A stretch of 63,738 nucleotides of DNA from Octopus bimaculoides (lineage: Eukaryota), in assembly GCF_001194135.2 (NCBI RefSeq), contig NC_068984.1:81203177-81266914 (forward strand). Direction: 5' to 3'. Positions 51,563 through 63,738 of this stretch are shown here, one piece after another. Position numbers and translations under genes: made by a program. Every line of letters starts with the position of its first letter. Position 1 is the stretch's first letter. Under the pieces are notes generated by a model. It had not been told where the DNA came from. It saw nothing but the letters and a program-made list of their open reading frames with translations, and did no database searches.

Positions 51563-52875
51563 TATGGGGTGCAGTGAACAAATTGGTGTCTAAATTACAC
51601 AAAAATGAAAATGACACTCACATCACATTTTAGCAGATATATTTACCGAAATTACATAAAAACATCTTGAAATACTAAAGAGTAAATTTATTCAATAAAA
51701 TTGCCATTGGCTTCAACATCAGTCTCCAGACGACTTCAGAATCACCTGCAGCTCTTCTGGATGGTCCCTTTGTTTAAGTTAGTGAATGCTGCTATAATCC
51801 TTGCTTTCAGCTCATCTTTGGTGTTACAAGGAGTTTTGTTGGTCTCTCGCTCAACTGCACCTCACATACAATAATCAAAGGGGTTGCAGTCTGGGGAGTT
51901 AGGTGGCNNNNNNNNNNGGAGTTTTGTTGGTCTCTCGCTCAACTGCACCTCACATACAATAATCAAAGGGGTTGCAGTCTGGGGAGTTAGGTGGCCAGAT
52001 GTTAGGGGTATTGTGATTGCAGAAATTGTGAGTCACAACTGGGCTTTCCTGCTTGTGTGGCATGGTGCAAAGTCCTGTTGCCAGACATAAGGTCTTCCAG
52101 CAGCTACCCTCTTGACCCAGGTCAGCACTACCTCCTGCAGGCACTTGATATAGGCCTCCATGTTGAGTCTGAGGCTGTATGGGAAGATGGCGATGACTCC
52201 AAGCATCATGATATTGACTGAATGTTTGATTTTTATCACTCGGTACATATTTTGGGGACATGGCAAGCCAACAGTTGTTCTGTGTGTTCACCATCTGGCC
52301 CTGGCAGAAATTATTCTTGTCTGAGAAAAGCCAAAGCATGTTTGGTTGGAGAGGATGCTTGAGTTTGTTCAAAAGCTTTGTAATGCAGTGTTTCTTCTTG
52401 TCCTTGAAGGTTTGGGATAGAAATTACCCTTTTCTCAGAGGAATACAGAATGTCTTCATGCACTACCTGCTTGATAAGAAACTCAGACACTCCCATGTCC
52501 TTCGTGATGGACCTGATCGACTTGGGGGGATCATTGGCAATCATCACCTGGATCTCACCAACAAGTTCTTTTCTTATTAGAATGATCAGAGTGAGTTTTC
52601 TGAGCTGCCATACCTTTGTAATCAGCATTGGACTCATCCAGCTCTTTGCGAATCCTCTGCGCTGTCCTCAGATTTACACCCAAACAATCTGAAATGTTTG
52701 TATTGGAGCTTCCGGCGCAAATGCCAAGCAGTGCAGTATGTTGTTTCCAAATTTCTGGCAAAGTGAATTGCACCATGGTGCTATTTTTCTCACAAATGAT
52801 GTCCAACTATACCATGCAGTCAGTAAAATCAAAAATGAACAATATGCATGCATGAAATTAAAAACATAAACTACT
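51563..52875 (-). mobile_element. Decayed Tc1/mariner DD37D (maT-like) element, near full length
   Basis: Frameshifted ORF pieces: N-terminal HTH (LGVNLRTAQRIRKEL), SIRSITKDMGVSE, LWLFSDKNNF, VWQQDFAPCHTS and WPPNSPDCNPFDY. Reconstructed spacing between the 2nd and 3rd catalytic D is about 37 aa. TA at the left end. Confidence 0.88.
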
Positions 52876-53779
52876 ATCCTTTCTTGCATTGAAACACTAA
52901 GGTGTTTAAGATTAGGAAGCTGTTTTCAACAAGAAAACCATATTAACTTGGAAGACTAATTAGTTAAAATATTATACCAATACCCCGCTTAATAAGCCCA
53001 ATTGAAATTTGCTGTATCTTCCAATTATATTCATAGTTTTAAAGTATATCTGTATTATATATGATACATATGTTTGTGTTTATATTAAGCCCATGTAGAA
53101 CATACATATTAAGAAAAAGGAAAGATTAAGATATGATGAAGAGCAAAAGAGGGTTAAAGTTGCCTCTGTCCATGATAAGAAGTATAAGAATTGATATCTT
53201 CAAGATAATAAAAGGTCTGTCTTGAAAGAAAAGGGCTCTTCAGCATTCCCTTCCCCACCACTAATGTGCGCACGCGTGCGTGTGCACACACACACACACA
53301 CAATAGAAACAAAATAAATTAAAAGCAGAGAAAAAAAAAAACCATCCCAGAAGGAACATGATGGGGAGGAGAAAAGCATGTGGTTCCTATCATGCTGAGT
53401 TTAAGGGCAGATGGTTTAGGTAATAAGCTAAAGGATTCCTTAAGCTAGAGGAGGAGGGTGTCAAGTCCTGTGGAACTCAAAGACAAAGGAGATGGGAAGA
53501 TGCCATAGTTGTAGTAAAACACTGCCAACATTACCACCCACACCTGGAATGAATAGCTATGAGCGAATGGGGCAGAAAAGGGGATAAGATTGCAAAAGGA
53601 GAGATGATTTACTTAACAGAGGGGAAAGAAAAAAAAATTGGAGGGTGAGAACATGTTTTTTTTTTTACTAGATAACACACACACACACACACACTAACAT
53701 GCCCCCACCACCAATATGCCTAGATCAGAAATGATTATGTGGTAGTTTAGTATGATTAATTTATCAAAAGTATACTTTG

Positions 53780-53813
<34 letters not shown>

Positions 53814-54124
53814 TTACATATGTACGCATGTATGTATGTATATGTATTGTAGGTAAGTTTAGAAAAATTATTGCAATCAGAAAGCTGGGACAAGTGGTGG
53901 TGATGGTAGTGGTAGGTAGGTAGCATTGGTAGTTGGTTAGTGAGATGGTAGTAGGATATGTATACAGGACTATGAGATAGGAAGTAGGTCAACAGAGGCA
54001 CTGACAGTTCATTTATTCCAGACTAGAGGCAGCAGACATATATATACATATATACATACATACATATATATACTGTATATACATATATACACACACACAT
54101 TATATATATACATATAAATACACA

Positions 54125-54193
<69 letters not shown>

Positions 54194-54579
54194 TTATAAA
54201 TGTACATCCAAACTAAAGACAACAAAAAAGAAAACTATCCCCCTACCTGACACACACACAAACCACAGTTATGGGTCTTTTGTAACCTATTCATACCAGA
54301 AGAGAAACAACAAGTTTAGCCAGAAAATTAACTGTCACACATAATGTAGACTAAAACCCCACCTTACCTTCAACTCCCAACAACAACAACAACATCAATA
54401 ACAGCAGCAGCGTGACTGCATTGAAACAAACTTTGGCATTTAAGTTTCCAATAACTTGGAATTTCTGAAAGAATGAAGTTAGAAGTAGTACTAGGATAAA
54501 TAATTTGAGGACAATCTCACTGTCTGTCTTTCTTTCTCTATTTGGATACATTGGGCAAAAACACACACAACATACACAT

Positions 54580-54957
54580 AGGTGCAGGCATGATGGCTGT
54601 GTGGCAAGAAGCTTGCTTCGCAGCCACCTGATTCTGTGTTGAGACCCATTGTGTGGCACCTTGGGCAAGTGTCTTTTTCTATAGCCTTGGCCAACCAAAG
54701 GCTTGTGAGTGGATTTGGTAGACTGTGTGTGTGTCTTTCAGTCTGTTTTTGTCTCCCAGCACTGCTTGACAACCAGTGTTGGTGTGTTTACGTCTCCGTA
54801 ACTTAGCGGTTCAACAAAAGAGACATATAGAATAAGTACCAGGCTTAACAGGGAAATAAGTACTGGGGTCGATTCATTCAACTAAAAATAAATTGTTCAA
54901 GGTGGTGCCCCAGCATAGCCACAGTTTAATGACTGACACAAGTAAAAAGCAAAAGAT
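54580..54957 (+). mobile_element. Abundant tRNA/CORE-like SINE copy
   Basis: Full head-to-tail match to the family. An inverted copy follows at ~55035-55420. Confidence 0.8.
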
Positions 54958-57785
54958 AGGCATGTTCATTTTACTGGTTATTATTCATTAGACTATGGTC
55001 AGGCTGGGGATCCACCTTCAAGAGTTTAATCAGTCAAACCAACTACCTCCAGCCCTTATCTTTTACTTGTTTCAATCATTGAATGGCAGCCATGCTGGGG
55101 CACTGCCTTGAAAGGTTTAGTCAAACAAATCTATTCAATTTTTAACATTTCTTTAAAGGCTGGTGTTTATTCTATTGATCTCCTATGCTGAACTGCTAAG
55201 TTACAGGGATGTAAACAAACCAACACCAGTTATCAAATGGTCGTAGGGGACAAACATAGATACACACAACACATGTACATATATATGACGGGATTCTTTC
55301 AGTTTCTGTCTACCATATCCATTCAAAAAGCTTCGGTCGGCTTGGAGATATGGTAGGGGATACTTGCTCAAGGTGCCATGCAGTAGGGATGAACTCAGAG
55401 CCATATGGTTGTGAAGCAAACTTGATGTATTTTATTTGTTGAATCACTAGGCTACAGGACATCAACACACACACACACACATGACAAGCTTCTGTATAGA
55501 TTCCCTTGTATTACAAGGCACTGGTTGAACCAAGGCTAAAGTAGAAAATACTTGCTGAAAGTGACACACAATGGAACTGAACTGGAAACCACATGGTCGC
55601 AAAGTGAAATTCCTAACCATGCAACCATGATTGTGCACATATTTTATGTACATGTATACAATGAGTTTCCGCAGAATTTCTGTCAACCAAGGTCAATTTA
55701 AAGCTACTCTAAAAGAAAATTCCTCAAATGTATGTATATTGGTGTGCATATATTCCAGCTTCAATTTTTGGGCAACTATCTGTATTCATATATACACACA
55801 CACACACATGCACACAATGGGCTCCCTTCAGATCCTATCTATCAAATCTTCTCTCAAGGCTTTGCTTGCCCCTGGGCTAAAGAAGATACTCTGGTCAAAG
55901 GATTGAACCTTAAACCACTTTGCAGCACTTCAGGCATGTCTTTTACTATATGTTTTTTTNNNNNNNNNNTGGTCAAAGGATTGAACCTTAAACCACTTTG
56001 CAGCACTTCAGGCATGTCTTTTACTATATGTTTTTTTTTTTAAACTTCAGTCAATGGACTGTAGTCGTTCTGAGGTACCACCTCGAAGGATTTTAGTAAA
56101 ACAAATCAACCCCAGTACTCATTATTTTAAAACCTGGTGCTTATTTTATTAGTCTCTTTTCCCGAAGTGCTAACTTATGAGTTCAGGGGGACAAACACAA
56201 GGACACACACTCTTGATGGGTTTCTTTCAGTTTCCACCTATCAAATTCACTCACAAAGGCTTTGGTGGGCTATATAGTAGCAGACACTTGCTCAAGGTCC
56301 CACACAATGGGACTGAACCTGGAACCATGTGGTTGAGAAGTACACACTCACACAGGCATACATGTGTGTGTGTGTGTGTGTGTAACTGATGTAGAGAGAA
56401 GAGACCTAACTGAAATTATATACAACCCCCTTTTCCATTTAGGTATCATCATGAGAACAAGGGCTTCACCATCACATGATTAAACTATCAACTACTACTA
56501 GCTCAGGTGGATAGGAGAATGCATTATTTTTTATGTTTCTCTTTTTGTCTGTCAAATCAGAAGCAGACTAGAAGAGTGGCTATTAGCCCTTCCCTCTTTA
56601 ATACTACATTTTTGTTTACACAAGGAAAGGATCTGAGTTAAAGGGCCAAAGTTGACAGAAAGCAGAGGGTGGGGCTTAGAGAGTTAGAGAGAGAGGGGAG
56701 NNNNNNNNNNAAAAAAAAAAAAAAAAAAGTAAAAAGAAAAATCTCTCTCTTTCTCTCTCACTACACATCTTTGAATGACCACAGGTGTTCTGGATAAAAT
56801 GTCCAGTATCAAGTGGTTTATCAAACATGCCTTGTCCAAACAGACTCATGAAGGAGTTAATATCCTAGAGCAGCTAATTAAATAAGGATAGACTCCAATA
56901 CTCAACCATACTAGTAGTAGTAGTAGTAGTAGTACTGGTGGTGGCAGTAGTTTTGGTAGTGTCTAATTTAAAATGAAGAGACTAGTTTTAATTTTAGTTG
57001 GTTTTAGAAAAACATTAACCTGCAAAATGTATGCCTATTTGTAAGTGTGTGTGTATGTGTGTGTATGCTTGTTAGATTAAGTTCCATATGAGATATTGCA
57101 TGCACCATGTAGAATATATATTTTCATTTCCATAAATTACATTACAATATGATATATATAGCACACACACACACACAACAGTATTATCCATGTAATAACA
57201 ATGTATGTGTGTGTGTGTGCGCATGCAAATTTCAACCCTCTGTTAATTAGTGACCATCTAGACAAGAATTTTTACTTCTCATGGTGTGAGTATGTGCACA
57301 CGTGTGCACTCACAAATGCACCCTCGTTGCTTTTGCTGTGTCTTACTAGACCAAATTTAACATACATTCTAGGTTTTTCTGTTTACTACACAGCAGACCA
57401 TTCCATACCTTTAACATGTTTATTATTTTTTTTTTATTTCATTTGTTATTTCATTTATTTAGGTGCAGGCATGGCTATGTGGATGTACCAAAGCCTTGTG
57501 AGTAGATTTAGAAGATGGAAACTGAAAGAATTAAAGAATTGCATTGTGTATGTGTGCATGTCTTTGCGTATGTGTTTGTTCTCTACCATCGCGTGACAAC
57601 TGGTGTTGGTGTATTTACATCCCTGTAACTTTAAAAAAAAAAAAAAAAAGGAACCCCCCCCCAAAAAAAAGAATAAGTACTNNNNNNNNNNCATTCAGCT
57701 AAAAATTCTTCAAGACAGTGCTATAGCATGGCCGCAGTTCAATGACCAGAACAAGGGAAAGGTAAAAGATAAAAGAAAGTATCAC

Positions 57786-57830
<45 letters not shown>

Positions 57831-60313
57831 TCATTTAACATCCGCTTTCCATGCTAGCATGGGTTGGATGATTTGACGAGGACTGGCGAACCAGATGGCT
57901 GCAGCAGGCTCCAATCTGATATATATATAAAGCAATAAATACAAATGAATATTCATGAATTGAATAGTTTCTGAATTCATAGATATAAAAATTCATGGTG
58001 TGTGGTAAAAAAGCTTGCTTCCCGACCTTATGGTTCCTGGTTCAATCTCACTGCATGGCATCTTGAGCATGTTTCTTCTGACATAGGTCTGAATCAAACC
58101 AAAGCCTTATGAATGGAATTAGTAGATGGAAACTGAAAGAAGCCTACCACCTTGTCTTGACATCGCATGATAGTTGTAAAATGTTTGTTACAGTCATTCA
58201 TTTCCTATTCTGTGAGAGCATGTGTAGCTGTAAGGAAATACTTTTTGCAGTAAAGGAAGCAAGTTGACACATGAGTTTACACATGGGATATAGATTATAC
58301 ACATACAGTTTATCAATATATTTAAATATCACTAATTCAATTAATAATGTTGAGCTGGCTTACAAGGAAAGGCATAACAGCCCTGACTATCCCATTACCT
58401 TTTCATATAGTGTATTTGGACTACACTGTTGAATGTGAATGGGTCTTTTTTCAAAGACTATATATGATATGGTTTGAGGGAGATTTAACTGTTACTCCTA
58501 GCTGGTTGAAAAACCACACAGAGGGTCTTTCATTGGCTCAAACACAATTAGTGTTTACTGGAAAGGCAATAATGACATAAATTACAATAGAAGAAATGTT
58601 AGCATGTTGAAGATATTTTGGAGGGCTACAGCCATGCAATATTGAAGAAAATGTCAAGGGATGAACCCATGTGAGAGCCTGTATGCAGTTGCTGGACTTA
58701 TAAGTTTGTTCCATCAGAGCTGACAATAACAAAAACAAATGCTAACTGAAAACATATGTACTAAGTATTGATTTCTCCATTCTAGTTCATCAGTCTCTTT
58801 ATCAATTGATAAATATATCATTTTTATATCCAAATTTCAAGATGAAATTTACAGCATCTCCCAAATTGTCCTGGTCTTAAAAATCTGGTTGGCACTAGAG
58901 AAAACCTACCATCTTTGAGGTACAAGAGAGGTTATCTCTGATAAGACTAAAGAGTTCCCTTTACTTCATATATTCTCTGGATGTTCCTCTCTATATTTTG
59001 GCATGTTTTTTTTTCTTTTTTTTTAAAGCTGGATGCCTTTCCGATGACAAGTTACAGTTTAGATTAGATTTTGTTGCTATTGCTGCTGAGATATTGGATA
59101 ATGTAGACTGAAACAAACTGCCAAACATTGGGAAGGAATCTTTCCCCATAGGCCAGCTAAATCAAACTTGACATGGAGCTAACAGACATCAATAATATCT
59201 TATGAAAGGCTACCTACCAGCAGAGAATGTTTTGTTGTATCTATAATTTGAAAGTTATTTATACTTTGTTTTGGATCAAGAAACTAGCTAACTTCACAGT
59301 AAAATCAAAGTTAATTCCAGCATCAAGTATATTATGAAGATAAGCCATAGCTACTCCACTGTGTTAGGAATGAACTGTTCTATCTAAATATGTTGCCTTC
59401 AATAAGACCTTACATGTATTAACTTGTGTTGATCCAAACCTCAAGATTATAGATAATGCAAAGAAAATGTTTCAGTTATTCATTCTAGAAAGGCTGAAAA
59501 TCTAAACGAGCCATTGTTAGTGACTACTCTACACACAGATTTCTATACCCAGGCTTTAAAAAATATATAAAATTAAAGGAAATAGAAATAAATAAAAACA
59601 AACAACTAAAAGTGAAAGCTTAAAAATAAATGTACCACATTTAAACAAGAACATAAAAATTCCTGTCATAGTTAAGGAGCCTGCAGCTACTAAATTCTGT
59701 TAAAATTGCTGAATGTGGTGTTAAAAACTCAACCACAAAGAAAAAAAAAGCAACAAGTGTATTATAGTAGGCTATAGCTACCCCTTCTTGTTTTCTTTAT
59801 CTCAATGATGAGTTGCTAAGGTCAACTACATAGGAGGTCTCTTTTAGCTGGTCAGCCTAGCCTTCTGGATAATAAGCTTTCTATATAAGATGTCTTTTGT
59901 CTAGTGAAGTGGTCCTGACACTCACCCAATACAGGTCATCTACTTACGTTTTTTTTTTACTCAATTGTTTACACCATTTCTCTAATTATTTCACAGTTTT
60001 TATTTGATTAATATTTGAATTTCTATGTTATTTTTTATATTTGATTTTTCAAGGTGGGTGGTGGTGAAATTGACTAGAATCTAGTTAGGAAAACAATTGT
60101 ATTTGGTTCAATAGAGACATTTAGGAAGCTAAATAGCACTACTACTACTACTCCTAGTAGTAGTAGTAGTAGTAGGAGGAGGAGTAGAATTTCATATGTA
60201 TCCAACTCTCTAAAAACCAAATTCATAAATAAATAAATATTTTTTAGTATTTAAATTACAATTAGTACCCTTCCCAAAATCTTTCGGTTTCTTGCTATTG
60301 AATTATTCAAGCA

Positions 60314-60482
60314 TTTATACCTTTTGAGGCACAGGGTGTTTTGGTATGTGTAACCAAAAGAACCTTTTTATCTGTTGGGATACATCTACTGAAAGATGAT
60401 CTCTGATTAGCTCTTACACTTCAAAACCAATCATTTGTTCCATCTGGCTGATGGATCGGCCTGGGTGTCCCAAGAGGGTTAA
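60314..60482. mobile_element. piggyBac-type MITE family 3; inverted partial copy at ~61570-61665
   Basis: CCTTTTGAGGCACAGGGTGTTTTGGTATGTG ... CCCAAGAGGG|TTAA. The copy at 61617-61665 is the reverse complement of its left end and ends AAAAGGG|TTAA. Confidence 0.55.
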
Positions 60483-62564
60483 TACTACAAAACATGAAAA
60501 AGATACATATCTTAATCTTTGAGAGACAAATCCTACTTATATGATGGTATCATTATTAAAAACATATCTGATCCATGTAAAGGATCTTTTTTCTAGCAAA
60601 GAAATGGCAAACTCACACCTCAGTTCTGCTTTTTTCTGTAAAAGTTGAACTCCAGACTGTTTTTTTTTTCTCCCTTAACTGCTTGTCAATTTTGGAATAT
60701 TCTCAATTCAGAAGATTATCTCCTCCTCTTATTGAAAATTAGTTGCAACTACCACAAGGCATTCTCAATTATCTCCCTCAAAGGGGAGATAATTTGGAGT
60801 CCCACCTGCAGTGAGATCAAACCTGGAACTACATTTTTGCAATCTGATATTTTAACTGCATAACCATGCTTGCATGTCTTCATAAATTTAGAATTATAGA
60901 AAGGAATAAAAAGAATTTCTTGTTTTTATTATAGCAGTCAGCTTTACTCTAGCATATATTACAAATATCCTTCCTATTTATTCTCCAGTGCCTAATGATA
61001 TATAGATTAGAAGTAAATCAATACAATCATTAAAAATATTTTCAGCAATATTTATTTTAAGTAACTCCACCTATAATTACTACATATACTGAGATCCTGT
61101 TTGCTTCACCTACTAGAAATGGCAATCAAATTGCCCTTAAATCACACCATCTGTCTTAAATAAAAGATATGCTAGATAAAATAGTTCTTGATGCACTGTG
61201 TCTTGAAAAGACTGAATGGTTAAACTGGAATTCATTTTGCAGTAGGTTCACTCAATCAGAGCTAAATTGGAGTTAACTCTCTTGAGACACTGGACCATTT
61301 GATGGAAGGACTTTGAGGCCAATCTATCAGCCCAATGAAACAAACATTGCGAATGATTGGTTTTGAAGTGTAATAGTCAATTACAGATTGCCTTTCAGTA
61401 CATATTTTTTTCCACAGAAACATTTATGCTTATTATTTTATTTATTTACATGTATTGTGTTATTTTTGGTTTTCATATTGTGACAGATGTATTGTACAGT
61501 TTACAAGCTTTCATAATATATATAGTTTTACATAATAATAAAGTAGTTTTAGGAACTTTATCCCTTGTTTTCTAGTTGCACCCATCAATTTCAACCACAA
61601 CAGAAAAAAAATTGGGGTCTTTTTGGCTACACATACCAAAACACTGTGTGTCTCAAAAGGGTTAAACAGTAGTAAGAAATGTATTTTACAAAAGCTTTCA
61701 CCTACAGGATGTTAGCTGGCACATATACACTTTTCTTATTTCCCATTTTTGCTCAACTCAGGTCCAATCCCTTAGGCAAACAGTGAGTGATATCCTTTCT
61801 AAACAGACTACAGTACACTTGCACTTCAGAACTGATTCTAATTTTACCAATTCCAGAGTAATTTCAAGTAATGAGTTAGATAACATAAAGCAAGTTTTAG
61901 TTCCATGTACTGATTCCACACTTCATAATGACTAAATAATTTCCTAAAATGTTTCTTTAACAACCAAATAATATTCATGTTTTGCAATATTGATAATAAG
62001 AAGAATTCTTTATGAAACGTTTTAGCTATGTTTTTACTTACATATCCAATTACTAAATAATATGTACTTGGTCTGGCTTGTTTTCATTAAGTTGTAGTCA
62101 TGCAAAAACTTCTGGAAATTGAAAATCCTACAGTCTTTGGTTTTAAAGAGTTTCTAATGCAAAATTTAAATTAGCATAAAAAAAAAAGCATGATATTTTC
62201 ACATTTGCCACATTCCTAGATGGCTCCCAAATGTGCACTTTATTTATTCCTGCATGTGTCATAAACCCAACCTAAAGTGATATGACATCTGCTCTTCAAC
62301 AAGTTCTTTGTTCAACCAAGTTAAAATGTTTACAGAGCTAACATCATACTATTTTCTAAGATTTCTTTGTCAAAACTATTTACCAAAGTGACAATTCAGT
62401 TTTCAAACCACCTTTGTACATTATGCATTTCATGATCTTCATCACTATTTTTCTCACTTACAAATTATACAGAAATAAGAGCTAATAGCATCAATGTCAT
62501 AACTAGAGGATATGGGTTCTATTTTTTACATGGGACTCGCTTTTTTTTCTTTTCCTGTTTCCAA

Positions 62565-62634
<70 letters not shown>

Positions 62635-63359
62635 GATTCAGTCAAATAAGGTACTTAAGTTGATGCACCAAGCCAGCCCAGTATTATCTGCAAGGCTCAA
62701 AGTAAAGTGAATAAAAAGCATATAGTAGTACTTTACTTTATCTTAATATTTGTGACATCATATTTTGAAGAGCTTTTCCTCGCATTTCTGGAGGATATAA
62801 CATGAATGTTTTCTTTAAAATGTTAAAAAAAAACAAAAAAACTGTTCCATATAGATTTTAGTTTGGCTAAGCTTGCAAGAGAAAAAGACTACAACAAAAG
62901 TAAATAATAAACAAAGATGCTCACAGCTCTTCCTTTTCCTTGCCCAAACAGGGAAATGGGAGTCAGATGAAGGAAAGAAGAAAGAGAGTCAGTGAAGGAA
63001 AATATACTTCAGTATTTCAAAAACAAAAACTAGGATAAGGTGGATGAGTAGAGAACTCTAATGATTTATATCTAAAATATCTTGCGATTACTCCTTTTGA
63101 TTAATGGTTTACTTTACAAAGGCATGGAGCCTAAAATTCTTATAAGGGAGAAAGAATTGGGAAGATTTGAATAGAAGTGAAGCAGGTGCAAATGGAAGTG
63201 ATAGCAGGTCATGCAGTTCACTGAGAAGTTACAAGCACAGTTGCATTATGCAAGCATTTCTTCCTTTGCAACTCTTCCAGCGAGAACCCAAAACAAAGAA
63301 CATAATAATAAAAAACAAAAGAGAATATCCTCCTCCTTATTATCATCATCATCATTTAA

Positions 63360-63738
63360 CCCTTTCGTTACTAACCCGGCCATAGCTGGCCGAAAAATTT
63401 TTTGGTTCATAAGACTAACCCGGCCGTAGCCGGCCGGAACCCAAATCTTGTTAGTACATTCGTTAAAACACCTGATTTCACTTTGCAAACAGTTGAGTTA
63501 TTGTCTCCGACATTGTTTGGCGTGATATTTGAACTCAGTGAATTTTGGAAGATTTTTTTCCACATTTTTTGTGGCGTTGATTTTTTTCAACTTTGAAGAT
63601 GGAGAGGAGTTTCATGCTATCAAGCAGTGATTCCGAATTTGAAGGTTTTTCAACAGAAGATATGGAGATATCGAAGAAAAGAATGAATGAGCTACAAAAG
63701 CACGTGGTGAACGATAATAAATCGGATATTTCTGTATC
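63360..63738 (+). mobile_element. 5' end of a probable autonomous piggyBac element (runs off the window)
   Basis: TTAA(63356-59)|CCCTTTCGTTAC terminus. There are two 23-bp subterminal direct repeats, ACTAACCCGGCC(A/G)TAGC(T/C)GGCCG, at 63370 and 63414. The sequence is CpG-richer than its flanks. Confidence 0.7.
63599..63738 (+). CDS. Partial CDS: acidic N-terminus of a piggyBac (PGBD4-like) transposase
   Basis: MERSFMLSSSDSEFEGFSTEDMEISKKRMNELQKHVVNDNKSDISVS, open to the window end. SDSEFEGF...SDISV is typical of piggyBac transposase N-termini. The catalytic domain is not visible. Confidence 0.55.
   Translation, partial: MERSFMLSSSDSEFEGFSTEDMEISKKRMNELQKHVVNDNKSDISV

Noticed and set aside
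51830-51995. Apparent 78-bp tandem duplication in the mariner copy
   Set aside because: Identical sequence on both sides of a 10-N gap indicates an unmerged contig overlap.
55892-56037. Apparent ~68-bp tandem duplication
   Set aside because: Same pattern around a 10-N gap; a scaffolding artefact.
1-63738. CRISPR arrays, rRNA or prokaryotic systems; the many 60-130-aa ORFs rich in CV/YI/HT/LS
   Set aside because: No regularly spaced repeat-spacer structure or rRNA similarity; those ORFs are translations of dinucleotide microsatellites and SINEs.

Overview
This is AT-rich, microsatellite- and SINE-dense eukaryotic genomic DNA with five N-gaps. The repeat landscape looks like an octopod cephalopod (Octopus-like), which is my inference. 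One protein-coding gene can be built, on the minus strand. It has five coding exons (31761-28680, 14100-13991, 5771-5646, 3935-3825, 1114-299), joined by canonical GT-AG introns with matching phases, giving about 1413 aa from ATG 31758. The protein has a ~950-aa Q/N/H/M/S/P-rich disordered N-terminus from a single 3,082-nt exon, a divergent MEIS/PKNOX (MEINOX/HM)-like domain, a TALE homeodomain and a Q/N/S low-complexity tail. The homeodomain is not a canonical Meis, Pknox, Tgif, Pbx, Irx or Mkx: it has H5, Y47 and T50 at DNA-contact positions. The 5' exon(s) and promoter were not found. The rest of the window is repeats: several tRNA-SINE families, piggyBac-type TTAA MITEs, the 5' end of a probable piggyBac transposase element at the window edge, two decayed DD37D (maT-like) Tc1/mariner copies, two Helentron-type HINEs, a 563-bp MITE with an 8-bp TSD and telomere-like core, a 350-bp foldback hairpin and a THAP + SWIM (ISL2EU-like) relic. 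There is also a possible decayed RING/IBR-like coding relic in an intron. No rRNA, true tRNA or CRISPR array is supported. Repeat boundaries were read by eye and are approximate.
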